Source of the DNA: Anthoceros angustus
Taxonomy: Eukaryota > Plantae > Anthocerotophyta
Length of the DNA: 64,000 nucleotides
Direction: 5' to 3'
Assembly: GCA_010909165.1 (NCBI GenBank)
Contig: MU008173.1
Coordinates: 1,178,001 to 1,242,000, forward strand
The notes under the pieces were generated by a model. The model was not told the origin of the DNA. It ran no database searches and saw only the letters and a program-made list of their open reading frames with translations. Positions 48,430 through 59,645 of this stretch are shown here, piece after piece (position 1 is the stretch's first letter; every line of letters starts with the position of its first letter). The translations under genes were made by a program, and so were the position numbers.

Positions 48430-48532
48430 CACCCGGACGTCCGGTGCAACATCAACCCACAAACAAAAAACCCGAACGTCCAGTGCACCATCAACCCCGG
48501 ACAAAAACCCGGACATTCGGTGCAGCATGAAC
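48430..48532. repeat. Three degenerate units of about 39 bp
   Basis: ACCCG(G/A)AC(G/A)T(C/T)C(G/A)GTGCA(A/C/G)CAT repeated with A-rich spacers. Confidence 0.7.
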
Positions 48533-48961
48533 AAATGACTCATAAACCAAAAAATGATCATTGGTTACATCCTCGCTATGTCACTGTCTGAGACCTCATG
48601 ACTGTATCCTAGCCAACCTCAAAATTTAGAATCCTGGGCGGGTTGCGATATGGCTCCTCACCAGAGTCCACACCTTCAAGCAAGTCCACCAAATAATCAA
48701 CAAATGCATTAGAAGATTCAACATTGTCGAGATCATCGGAATCAATCTGTTCGTCACCACTTCCTGCAGTATCAATTGGAGGAAGCAAAGCAGGTTCCTC
48801 ACTTGGCTCCGCTCGAAGCTCAAAGATCTTTCTTTTCAACATTTCCACTATGTCTTTACTCAAAGTCCTGTTCTTCGTTAGCTCAAAATAAGCCAGAAAG
48901 ACATTGCCTCTAGCAAGTAGCTTAGGCACACCATGGTACAAGTTGTTAAGTACCAAGTCCC

Positions 48962-51331
48962 ATGCCACTATTTCACTTTTGCCATGCTATCTTCTGCACA
49001 TAAAATCTTTCTCCCTAAACCTTGTCATCCTGTCAAGCTCTCCAACACTACTCCTCGCCACCCTTGGTTTGATGATGAATGCAAACATCTCCGCTTTCAC
49101 ACTCACAAGTGCCTCCGTGCTCTCAATGTCTCATCCAAGTCTCATCATTCACCGCTGTACAAGGCAATTGTCAAGCCTTATAAGGCTCTTATTGCTGTCA
49201 AAAAGTCTGCTTTCTTTTCCTCCCAGCGTGATCGCCTCTTGAGGCTTCTCAGAGAATCTCCTGGTGGTGGTGCTTTTTGGAAGGAGTTCCACTTTCATCG
49301 AACCATCTTATTGGAGGCCTCTCTTGAGCTTATCTATCATGTGCAAACTCTCTTCTTCCGAGAATCTGTTCCCCCTCTTGCGAGATCTCAGGATCCTGGG
49401 AGCTATTCACTCTTGACCTCATTCTGGGGGCCATCAACAAACTCAGATTTGGGAGAGCCTCTGACCCTGAAGATATCCCTGGAGAACTTTTCTCCTATGC
49501 AGCTCCTACTGTTATTGCCCCTCCCTTAGCTGCTTTGTTCAATGAGGCTTTAGTCCATGGATATCATGAGGCATGGTGTTGGAATGACATCCATTCCATC
49601 TTCAAGACAGGTGATCCACAGCTCCCGCCCAACTACAGGTATATCATGGTTGAGTCCATCTTTGCCAAGATCTTTAGCGCATGCTTGGAAATTCTCACTA
49701 CTTCTTGGGCCGAGAATGCTGGGATCAGAGCACAAGGCCAAGCTGGGTTTCGTCCGGAGCGGAATACCTCAGGATAATCTTTTCACACTCATTGCTATTA
49801 TTCAGGAGGCCAAGAGCAGGTGGAAGGACGATCGACATGTTTATGTCTGTTTTGTTGATTTCAAGAGAGCTTTCGACTCTATCTCCCGCGAGAAGCTCTT
49901 TGCCCGGCTTCATAGGTTGGGGTTGCCTGCTCATCTTTTACATGCCATACAGGTTCTCTATGAAAAGGTGAAGGCCAAGATCCGCACTCCCTATGCTGCT
50001 TTTGACCTTTTGGATTTGCTTTGCAATTTGGGAGTCTTGATCATCCATCTTCTCCCAACTTATTTGGCTTATTCATTGATGAGCTGGAGTCTTGGATTTG
50101 TCGGGGACCACAGGCCTCCTCTCCTTGGTATATATTGCTATTCTCCTATATGCAGATGACATTGCTCTTTTGTCCCATTCTCCTGAGGGCCTCCAACAAC
50201 AACTAGACACATTGTCCCGCTTCTCCGCAGCAAGAGATTTGGAAGTGAACTTGAAGAAGACCAAGGTCATGTTTTTCAACCGGCGGGATGCTGTTGAGCA
50301 CAATTTGAAGTTCTTCTATAATGGTGAACCTGTGGAGGTTGTTCGATCTTATGTCTACCTAGGAGGCACTCTCTATGGCCCAACACTTCAGTGGAAGCTC
50401 TCTGCCTCTACTCGCATGTCAAGGGTGTGGCATCTGCTTGTGGGGGTCAGAGACAGTCCTCTAGGATGCACATCAAGGACATCCCCACTCGGCAATGGCT
50501 CTTCAACACCGTTGTTGTTCTTTCGGCTATGTATGCGGCTGAGCAAGTCCTCCACTCTATCCCACCAAATGATGGCGACATTAGACAACAACGGAGTGCA
50601 TTTCCCTTCAATACTTCTCTGCCGATAACAATAGAAGATAATGTCAAATCAAGGATTTTGAAAGGACCTTGCGGTGGTTCCTGTACCTCCCACCCGATCG
50701 GCAGGTCAAGACTAGCTGATGCTTCTACACTCATAGATTGAAATGTTCGACACCCGATGGATCGGCGTTCACATTGAGTGCGCAATTGGTGAAGGCGCTC
50801 GCGAGTTTGAGCATGTAATGTACGTGCAATAAATAGCCTAATAGTGTTCATACATCGTGAACCATCCGTGAACGGGATTACAGTTTTGTAAGGCTTAATT
50901 ACATACGATGCTTGGATGGATGTATGGCCACAGCATTAGGGGATGCACCGGCATCCCGGTGGTAACGGGCAACCGGAGTATGAGTGGTGGGGCCCACGTC
51001 TGCACACACGCGCGCATTAATAACTTGACGAGTTTTAGGAACCGCTTACCTAGTGGCTGAGCTGAACAGAAACAGTTAAGAAATTGAAGGATATTTAAAC
51101 TTTCTTATTAAGGTTGTATGAGGTCCAAATGGCTTAGGCCAAATGGACACACATTTATAAGAACGCCGTGATTAAGCATCCTGAGCTTAGAGTACTTAGA
51201 TGGGGTGCCTAAAGGGAGTGGATGCCCTTGGTGCAAGTAGCTTAGGCACACCATGGTACAAGTTGTTAAGTACCAAGTCCCGTGACGGAAATCCGTCCTA
51301 AGTGGACTTCAATAAAATTCTCTTCTTCTTC
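48962..51331 (+). mobile_element. 5'-truncated non-LTR retrotransposon (LINE) with RT domain and structured 3' end
   Basis: PWFDDEC, QAGFR, FVDFKRAFDS, LLYADDIAL, VNLKKTKVM across frameshifted ORFs. 3' end GACGGAAATCCGTC hairpin (51284-51297), AATAAAA, (TTC)n. Clade (RTE-X/L1-like) not determined. Confidence 0.9.
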
Positions 51332-51512
51332 AATCACCTCACCGGGCGACGGCAAAGACCAGATTCATGCAAATCGTGCAGCAAGGCTTCAAACGACAAT
51401 ACTGAAACGGGACCAGAAGTCCAGGTTTCCTGATCGTGTCTGAAATAACTAGTACATGTGTATGTACATCCTTACCTTCTCTTCCAGGCAAACCACCACC
51501 GTTTCCCCGCAT

Positions 51513-52846
51513 TCAAGCTGCAGTCACGGAGCTTTTTCGTTTTCTTCTTAAGTAGACAGTCCAAGAAAATATTTCCAGTACCAAAGCAATGCCCGCTAGT
51601 ATTGCCAACACTGAAACATACACTTTCCTTTTGCTGCTCTGGTCAAGGCCGACGTGTGCAAAGAGATTGAAGCCAAGAAATATGTTGGTGGTTGCCAGAA
51701 GAATGGCGAGGTAGCCAATTGTATGATGGTAAATATTCCACAGGTAACGAACTTTGTGTTCCCTGTGTGGCCGCAGGACCAGTGCCAGCACCTATCAGTA
51801 TCACACAGCGCAATTGTCAGTTCATCTCGGCATGTATCCTCTTGTCCATGCAAACACAAGAGGAGAAATAAGCACCTGAAGCGTAGATAGCGAGAAGACG
51901 ACTGTGCCAATGGCCCCGTGAGTTATACGTTTGTCATCTCGGTTGTCCACTGCATATCGCAACCCGAGTCCGACAGCCCAGCCTGCCAACCCAAGGACGT
52001 ATCCTGACACTTGGAAGGCTATGTGAGCATAGAACCAGGTAGGGTCAAGAGATTTGAAGGGCCTAGCATATCTGGCCACAATCACTCCTACAGGTAGAAG
52101 GAAGCCCCAGGCCACGGCGTTCAGGATTGCATGATTCTGCACGAAATGGGGGCACAGAGTTTAGTCTGCAGCAACGTTTAGCAGATCCACAGGGAGAAGC
52201 AGAACGCACAGTTACCCACAAATTTGAGCTGCCGGTAAGGATACACTCCTGGAGGGGCAACTCCAGGACCCCTTTTTGCCAGGGAAAAGGTGGAGAAGTA
52301 GTTCTCGTAATCGTTCCCATTATCATGTGCCACAGGTACGCCACCTCTTAAAGGTCCCGAATTCCACAGCAGATTCAAAGACTCAGCACTGTACAAAACG
52401 GAAGCGAAGATCTTCACAGTGTCGCCGCCGAACTCTGCAGAGTAGTTGAGAGCGGTGAACAGTAGCTCCCCGGGGGTGGTGAGCGGCTTGCCATTGTTCT
52501 GGCTACGGCCCATTAGGAAGGGCTTCACAACCGCCAGGCCAGCGGCATCTCTCCAAGCTAGAAAGGCAGCGGAGCCCGACATCCTGGCGGGGTGAAGAGG
52601 ATTGATCCCCCATCCCGACCACCGCTGGGTGGCAGCCATGGTGTGAGCAGTGTAAACAGCAAGCAGCGTACCGTCCTCATAGCTCCACGCGAAGGATGCC
52701 CCGTTGGGCAGGCTCAGGCAAGCACCCAACTTCAAAGCTGTCCCGTTGATCTCAATAGTCTGGCTGCACTGCTGCGAGCAAACCAGGCCCTGCAAAATGC
52801 ACAGCGCAGCAGCTGAGCACCATAGCACTATCACGGAGGATGTCAT
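51513..52846 (-). CDS. DOMON plus cytochrome b561 domain protein (CYBDOM, AIR12-related), 3 exons (52846-52220, 52136-51876, 51791-51513)
   Basis: Signal peptide, DOMON (WSGWGINP..MSGS), heme-ligand His motifs HAILNAVAWG, WFYAHI, THGAIG, WNIYHH; GT-AG introns in phase 0. Confidence 0.92.
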
Positions 52847-53084
52847 CAGGAAATTTCAAAAGGATCTGGCGCTCGAACTGTCACCACCACCTTCACTGAA
52901 GAGTATAGCCCAAGTTCTGTTATCGCGCGATTCACGAAACCCAACTTGCTCTTGCTCCGGATATTCCGCCACGACTTCCACCAGCTGCTTACACACCGTA
53001 CGCATCCGCCCTTGCGGTAGTCTTTTGGTACCCTAAACTCGTAGAGACAGATTCTCGTCTTTACTACACAAGCGACTTCCTTGA

Positions 53085-53940
53085 CAGTATTTCCGGAACC
53101 AGGAGCTTCAACAGGAAGCGTGGTTCGGGCAATGGCTCCGTTTCGGAGTTCTCCAAGGCAAGCAATTTCGGAATAGGATTAATTATCATAACTCCAAGTT
53201 CTTCAAGATCCTTCAAATGCGGCTTGCTGGATGGAATGTCCCAACGTCAAAGAACGGCTTCGAAAAATCCCAAGCTCGCACAATGCAAGTTACCAAATTG
53301 TTACGAATGCCACTTGCAACCTGCAAACGAACAGAAGCAGTGAGAACATTGCACTGAGCCTTCTCTCGACACTATGCACCTGCGTACGCTAATAAAACGT
53401 AAACGGACTGCGACCTGCACAAGGGTGGCCTGCACAAAGTCCTGATGTAGGCCTACATCTCAGTATACCAGACACAAGTCTAGCATGCATGAGGACGAGA
53501 CCAAAATACTCTTGCACATAAGGAGGGGTCAAAGTTAGAGTAGATCTCAAATCTTCGACAGTGACAAAAATGTGCGTGACCTCTGACACACATCAAGACG
53601 CCAGTGCGCAATCACAGGGAGCTCTGACCTTAGCAAGCGTGTTGGCAGAAAGAGGGGCAATGCCTAAGGCATCGGCCCATCGCCTAAGCTCGGTATGAAG
53701 CACAGTGTCCCCTTTCTTCCTCCAACTTTGACCACTCGTTCTCATCGGTGTACAATCCAACACCGGGTGACAGAGAGCTGGATCGGTGTACAATCCAGCC
53801 TTGGGTGACAGACAGCTGGATCGACGTACAATCCAACACTGAGCAAGGGCAGTGAGCTTTGTGGCTGCCACGCTTCCCGTGGCCGCAACGATGACGCGGG
53901 GCTTCCTTGGCTCGGAATCGGAACCACCACCAGACGCCAT
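53085..53940 (-). pseudogene. HAL3: HAL3/PPCDC pseudogene
   Basis: Paralogue of 25-918. About 70 bp of exon 1 is replaced by a 38-bp tandem triplication (53744-53840). ICDN has become IRNN, the PAMN motif is deleted with frameshift, and the ACGD Cys region is destroyed. Confidence 0.88.
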
Positions 53941-53986
53941 GCGGCCACAAAACCTAGTCCCCACAAGACTGCATATAGCAGTGTCC

Positions 53987-54417
53987 TCAGGCGTCAGCCA
54001 CGGTTTGCCCGGCAGCGGGGACCGCAGCCTGCGCTCTTCTGGCACGGAGCCGTTCCTGCGACTTCCTGCTTGCTTCAAGGTTAGCTGCCCGCTTCACCTC
54101 TTTCTGCACGGCAGAGCAGAAAATCAGCTGCCAAGGCACGCAAGGCGCCGGTCGAGAGGATCCACAAGCGGGATGTCACAAACCTCTTGCCGAAAGCAAG
54201 CATCCAGCTGATACTTCAGCACATTGCACTCTCCAAAGAATTTAGCCACCGGATGCTCGTCATGACACCTCTTGAACTGCTTGATGATCTGCACAGGCAA
54301 TTTGCAGACTTCACCCATCGCATCCCAAGCCCTGCACATACAAGGCATCCTTAAGGAAGGCAATGCACTTACGTCCGAGCAACCAGGATGCTTGTGCAAA
54401 ACCAGCTGCGGATGCAT
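53987..54417 (-). CDS. CMC2: CMC2/Cmc1-like twin CX9C mitochondrial cytochrome c oxidase assembly protein, 3 exons (54417-54373, 54288-54184, 54103-53987), 88 aa
   Basis: MHPQLVLHKHPGCSDIIKQFKRCHDEHPVAKFFGECNVLKYQLDACFRQEKEVKRAANLEASRKSQERLRARRAQAAVPAAGQTVADA*; two exact CX9C motifs; canonical splice sites. Confidence 0.92.
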
Positions 54418-54850
54418 GACGGCGCCAAAGGCTGGCCCTAGACTGCCACCTGGGTCTGTACCAGCCCACCTGGTTGGAGGCCGACGTCGTAAACTGGCTG
54501 AAAGGTGAAACACCAGTGAGAGGGATCTATAATTCTATATAGACGAAAACTCAATTTAACATTCCAGGTGTCACGGCCGGGAGTCAAACTCATGCCCTTT
54601 CTGTCTGGAGCCTTAGACCACAAGGCCAAACCGTCCCGGTGTCTATTAACTGATTTTTTTTATAAACATGAATGTTTGAAAACCGCGTTGACCAATACTA
54701 CTACATCTCCAGTTGTCTACACAAAGAACGCAATCCGTGTTTGAAAAGACAGCTTTAACAGTACCAGTTTCGAGAATCGCTATTAGGTACACACAGCTAC
54801 AACGAGAGCGTGTAGTTGTGGCTCCTTTTTTCTTCGTGTCTCCAGATTAC

Positions 54851-57514
54851 TCATCCTCGCCTGCTCCTCCGGCTTCCTCTGGTAGACCGAGTACTGCCAC
54901 CTCTCACAGTATCAGGTGCGGGAATTGCCAATACCGTACCATCGCGGATGTCTTCAAGGTTGGAGTTTTCTATCGTCTTCTGTGCCTCAATGTACACCAT
55001 GCAATCTCTCACCTGCGATCAAATGGCGTTGCCGTGAGCAGCCAGCCATTCTGCACATGCCTATTCAAAAATTCATAGCTCAATCACGAGTACCGAACCT
55101 GTTCTTCTAGGTCAGATATCCGCCTGTCTTTCTCCAAAACAGCAGCTTGATGCCTGCGAAAGAAAAACGCTGGTCTCAGCCCTACCGGACGTTGTAAGCA
55201 TGGATCCTGCAGACGTGTGGGGAATGAGCACCACCATGACACACCTTTCTTCCACCTCTTTCAACTTCCGCTGCCATATTGTTTGATTTTCAGCTAGTGA
55301 CTTGTTCACCTGCAAAATGGAAGGAACTCTTCATAAGGTGGCAAGAGACCGCTTTCCCTTTCAACGGAAAGACCAGATTATGCAGTACCTGCTGCAGGAA
55401 TTTCAATTCCTTCTCCTTAGACTCTATCTTGCCATCCATCTTTTCTTGTAACTTTTGCAGCCTCACCCTAAAGGATTTCTCCACGGCCTCAGAGATGCGC
55501 TGTTCTGTCTCCACCAGCATTCCCTCATAGTGCTGGAAACATGCAACGAACAGACACTGGTGGGCAATTGAGCCTGACTACAGACAGACAACCTTGCAGA
55601 CAGTCAACTTGAGAGTCCTGAGGCTCATGCATAGGCCCCCAGTCGAAAACTAAATATTACCTGTCTCTGACTTTCAAGCTGGGTAGTCAACAGGTGATTG
55701 TATTCATACGAGATCTGCATCAGACAAACAAATCACTCCTTGTTTGCTTGACTTGGGACTTTGCAGTGAGCAGTAAATTGCAGAAGTCAGTGCGCCATTG
55801 ACCTACTGCTTCCAGTTTACTGTCATGGACTGCTTCCATCATGTCTGATCCCCTGCTACATTCACAGCTATCCTCACTGCCTTCCCTGCAAGGCGCTGGA
55901 AGCTCTACAAGCTTTCCATCAGTCTTAGATTGTATCAACCGATGGACATACCCATCCCCCACATAGTCCCACACACGCTGTGTCTCAAGTTCTAGTGAAT
56001 AGCAATGGTTGGTGAGCTTGAAATGATTCTCTGCATGCCCTGCTGCATACCTGCAAGCTCAACAGGCAAGGGCTTCACAGTCAATTCACCTTTCTGAACT
56101 GCCTCTGGCAGAGCACTTTCACTGACAATGAGATCTCGTTACCTCCCACAGCCAACAAACCCACAAATGACACAAATCCAAAGACTTTCGGATGTCCCAC
56201 AAACAGAGCAAGTCGAATTCTGAGAAGTTTGGCAGTACCGGCATACCTGCAAGAGCAAAGGTCAGGTCTCTCACCTTCACAGCATTCAAGCAAAAAGAGA
56301 ACGTTACAGTTGAAGAACTTACTGGACATGACGAGTCTGTCCACTTCGAGATACATGTACTATGAAATGAGTGGTTGCAAACAGTGGTGAGGATTCCACT
56401 AATGTGCTGATCGAGCCTCTCTGTTTATTAACAAGGGGACTGTTAGAAACTTTCAATCCCAAAACACTAGAAATGGCAACTGTGAGTGAGTGGACTACCT
56501 CCGAGAATTTTACAACTCTCGCACACCAGAGAGTGTGGTGACAAGGAAAACATACCAAGGCAGACAGGGCAATTTGGGAGCTCTGTCAGACCAGCTGGAG
56601 GAGTTGAGGCTTGCTCTTCACAATCAGTGTACTGTACATCTGCAGTGTAGACAACATGACAGACCTCTTCCTGTCACAGACATCATGGTTAATTCATCCA
56701 TGTCATTTGAAATCCTTAGCCAGAAGCACTGGACAACACAAGAAAAGCCCTCAACACTTCACTTTCGTGAGAACCACTTGCTATTGTGCCTCTCCTACTG
56801 GTGGATGGGTCAAATTACACTCCGTGGTATCAGATTACACCAAAATACGGACAAGTTGCTAGCTTCCCAAATAAATACCTCCAGCGATGAAAACTTTTTC
56901 CCATTGTAGTGTTGGTAGAAAGCGTCAGCTGAAGCCAGAGAGTCGAATGTCATGAGGACACAAAATCTATCCTGCACGCCATCCGTCCTGAAAATGCCAG
57001 AAGAATAAGAACAAAGGCTTGCCAAGGAAAAACAGAACAACAAAGGAAGCGGACTAGGTCCAAACCTGACCATCCTCATCTTGGAGATGCTCTGCAAAAA
57101 CGATCCTGTGAATTGACAGAAGTCGGATCCGGTCATGTGGTTCGGAACCGCCAGCACACACAGGTGCTCCCTACGGCCATCCTGCACAGAAATTCATGTC
57201 TCAAAAAATCAGCTTGCGCGACAACGCCTGGAAACAACTTCCTCCCCACGTCAACGAACAAAGCTCACCGGAAGCTTATCCACAGACTCGGGATCTATCT
57301 TGGTGTTCCGGAACAAGTGCACCACTCCCCGGGTGGCTTCCACCCTGGGATTGCCTGAGGAAAATCTGAGCGTGGTAATGTCCCCAGAAGTGCCTTCCTC
57401 CTCCACCGGTGCCCCGCTGGGCGATGCCTCGGAATTTTGCGCCATATCCTGGGATGTCATTCCTGACTCGCACTCCAGCACCCGATCCAACGCATACACC
57501 TTCACACTAAACAT
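54851..57514 (-). CDS. BRIZ2: BRAP2 / RING / ZnF-UBP E3 ligase (BRIZ family), about 12 exons
   Basis: FSSGNPRVEATRGVVHL, LAVPNHMT..DFCQF, ELPNCPVCL|ERLDQ, CSVCGTSESLWICVICGFVGCGR, HCYSLELETQRVWDYVGDGYVHRL, coiled-coil C-terminus; exons traced with GT-AG sites. Assignment to BRIZ2 rather than BRIZ1 is tentative. Confidence 0.92.
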
Positions 57515-58288
57515 CACCCTGGCAGCACCAGGGGATTAAAGCAGTACGGTCTCCGATGGGGATCTCTCCTCCAACCCGCATATACCATTACCACCACCAA
57601 ATTGCGAACTTCCGTGTTCTACACATATGCTTCATCTCTGAATCTCCAGTCCCACATCTTGTCCTCCAGGCATCCTGCTCTGCTGCACGTCGAGATGCAT
57701 GCCGCGTTCACTTACGTTTCCATCGGTCTCCGATCCCGATCCAGGTCAGACCGACGGGGGTTTTCGGACCGATTAGGGCTTCCGATTTGGAATCGGCCGT
57801 GTGGGTTTTCGAAGCATTTCAAATTTGGTGCGGGTGTGTGGGGCCTGGGTTATTTGAAAACGCGTTTCAGTTGCATTGCTTTTCTTCCCCGGCGTCATTT
57901 TGAACGACTCGTCTCCCTCAACACGCCGCTCCTCTTGCCTTCAAATTTGCGCGGTGCATGTGCCCGTTTCCGACGGCAGGGGGACAGCTGATACTGCGGC
58001 TTGAGCTGCTGCTGCGCTTTTGCAAGCAATTTCGTGTTGGTGTTTGTTTTTCTTTTCTGTTGTGGGAGGGCTGGAGGGAATTGGAAGGAGTCGGGATACA
58101 GCAGCTGGGAGAGGGGAGTAGTGGAGGTGGTGGAAAGAAGAGGGCCGGGGGAAGGGAACAGGTTTGTGGCTGGCCATTTTTGGTTGTTGCAATTTCCCTG
58201 TGTTTGGGGTGATGTGAGTTTACGACAGCTGAGTGTGTGAGCTGGATTTGGTGCAGGCTTGTTGCGGAGAAGATGGCGATTGTGCGGA

Positions 58289-59440
58289 ATGAGTGGTGAG
58301 CTGGCTGCGATGGGAAGCAGGGGAGGGGAGGCCTCCACCAGCAGGGCGAGCGGGAGGAAGGATGCGGTACAGGGGAAGGGGAAGGGTAAGGGGAAGGGTA
58401 AGGAGCAGGAGGAGGGCTCCGAGCAGAAGCCGAAGGCGGAGCAGTCGAGGAAGGAGCGTCGCGTGCTTAGGGCTCGGTACCGCGATGTGAAGAGCACGAT
58501 TGCGGGGGAGAAGGAGGATTTGGGCAAGGTGGATTCGGTGAAGTTCGCGTCTTTCTACCATGCGATCCAGGATTTGCACCACCTGGTGCAGAAGCCGCGG
58601 GAGCAGATATCGGACGCGGAAGCCTTGCTGGACATGGCGAGCACGTTAGTGGACACGGCGCGCGGGGCGAGCCGGAAGAACCGAGTCTCCCCCTCCGATT
58701 TCGTGGATGCTGTGATTAACAAGTTTGGTCGAAAGAACCGGCGGGGCGGGCAAGATGCGGACATCGACTGGGGCGCTTTGGGGCTGGAAGCTTGCGTGGT
58801 GCTGCCGGAGGCACCGGGGCTGTGCACCATGGTAGGGCCGATGGAGAGCGAGCCCAAGCCGAGGAGAAGTTGCGCTCCCAGAGGCCGCAAGGAGAGGCTT
58901 GGCCGGATGACCCAGCCCGAGGAGGTGGAGGAAGCCTCGGCGTCGGGCGAGAAGAAAGAAACGGACGCCAACATGGAGGTGATGTTCAGCAAGCTGCGGG
59001 GTCTGAGGCGCGTGCGAATGGAGGCCCTGGTGCTGAACAGGGTTTCGTTCGCCCAGACCGTGGAGAACATCTTCTCCTTGTCCTTCCTGATACGAGACGG
59101 GCGGGCGGAGATCACAGTCGGGGACGACGGCAGCAACAGCATCGTGCCGAGGAATGCACCTTCCAACGAGCAGGGCCAGCAAGGTGGGGAGACATCTCAA
59201 TTCGTGCTCAGTGTAGGGTTCAAGGACTGGGAGATGATGAAGCAGATGGTGGAAGACGGCGCAGAAGTAATGCCAAATCGCAGCGGGAGCAAAATCCAGC
59301 CTCCTTCCCACCAAGCCTCCGTCACTCCAGTCAGAATCACCTCCAGGAACAGAGCCAGGGAGACCGCCTCCCAGGAAGAGGCTCAATTGGAGAGGCAGCA
59401 TCACGGGAAGCGCAGGAGGCTTGCGCTCCACGAGAGTTAA
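58289..59440 (+). CDS. NSE4: NSE4 kleisin subunit of SMC5/6, single exon, 383 aa
   Basis: RRVLRARYR, KPREQISDAEALLDMA, SFAQTVENIFSLSFLIRDGRAEI (Nse4/EID and Nse4_C motifs); uninterrupted ORF. Confidence 0.92.
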   Translation: MSGELAAMGSRGGEASTSRASGRKDAVQGKGKGKGKGKEQEEGSEQKPKAEQSRKERRVLRARYRDVKSTIAGEKEDLGKVDSVKFASFYHAIQDLHHLVQKPREQISDAEALLDMASTLVDTARGASRKNRVSPSDFVDAVINKFGRKNRRGGQDADIDWGALGLEACVVLPEAPGLCTMVGPMESEPKPRRSCAPRGRKERLGRMTQPEEVEEASASGEKKETDANMEVMFSKLRGLRRVRMEALVLNRVSFAQTVENIFSLSFLIRDGRAEITVGDDGSNSIVPRNAPSNEQGQQGGETSQFVLSVGFKDWEMMKQMVEDGAEVMPNRSGSKIQPPSHQASVTPVRITSRNRARETASQEEAQLERQHHGKRRRLALHES

Positions 59441-59645
59441 CTCTCAGTTTTCTACCCTAATTTTTGGGCCCCTTGGAAGCGAGCAGCTGTCGTAGCGAGG
59501 TGGGGATGCTAGGCGTCATGTTGCGTAGATGAGCGGGTGTAGCCATATGTAATAGCCCAGGTAGGTAAGGACGAGAACACAGTTAATCAAACACAAAAGT
59601 CACACGCAATGTATATGGCGAGCAGCAGGCCGGAGCAGGGATGAA

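Noticed and set aside
51284-51310. Helitron 3' end (hairpin + CTRR)
   Set aside because: No correctly spaced CTRR terminus; the hairpin is followed by AATAAAA and a microsatellite tail and ends an RT-coding element.
48913-51331. Penelope-like element with pseudo-LTR and hammerhead ribozyme
   Set aside because: No CTGANGA...GAAA hammerhead core seen, no GIY-YIG domain, and the RT motifs are LINE-type.
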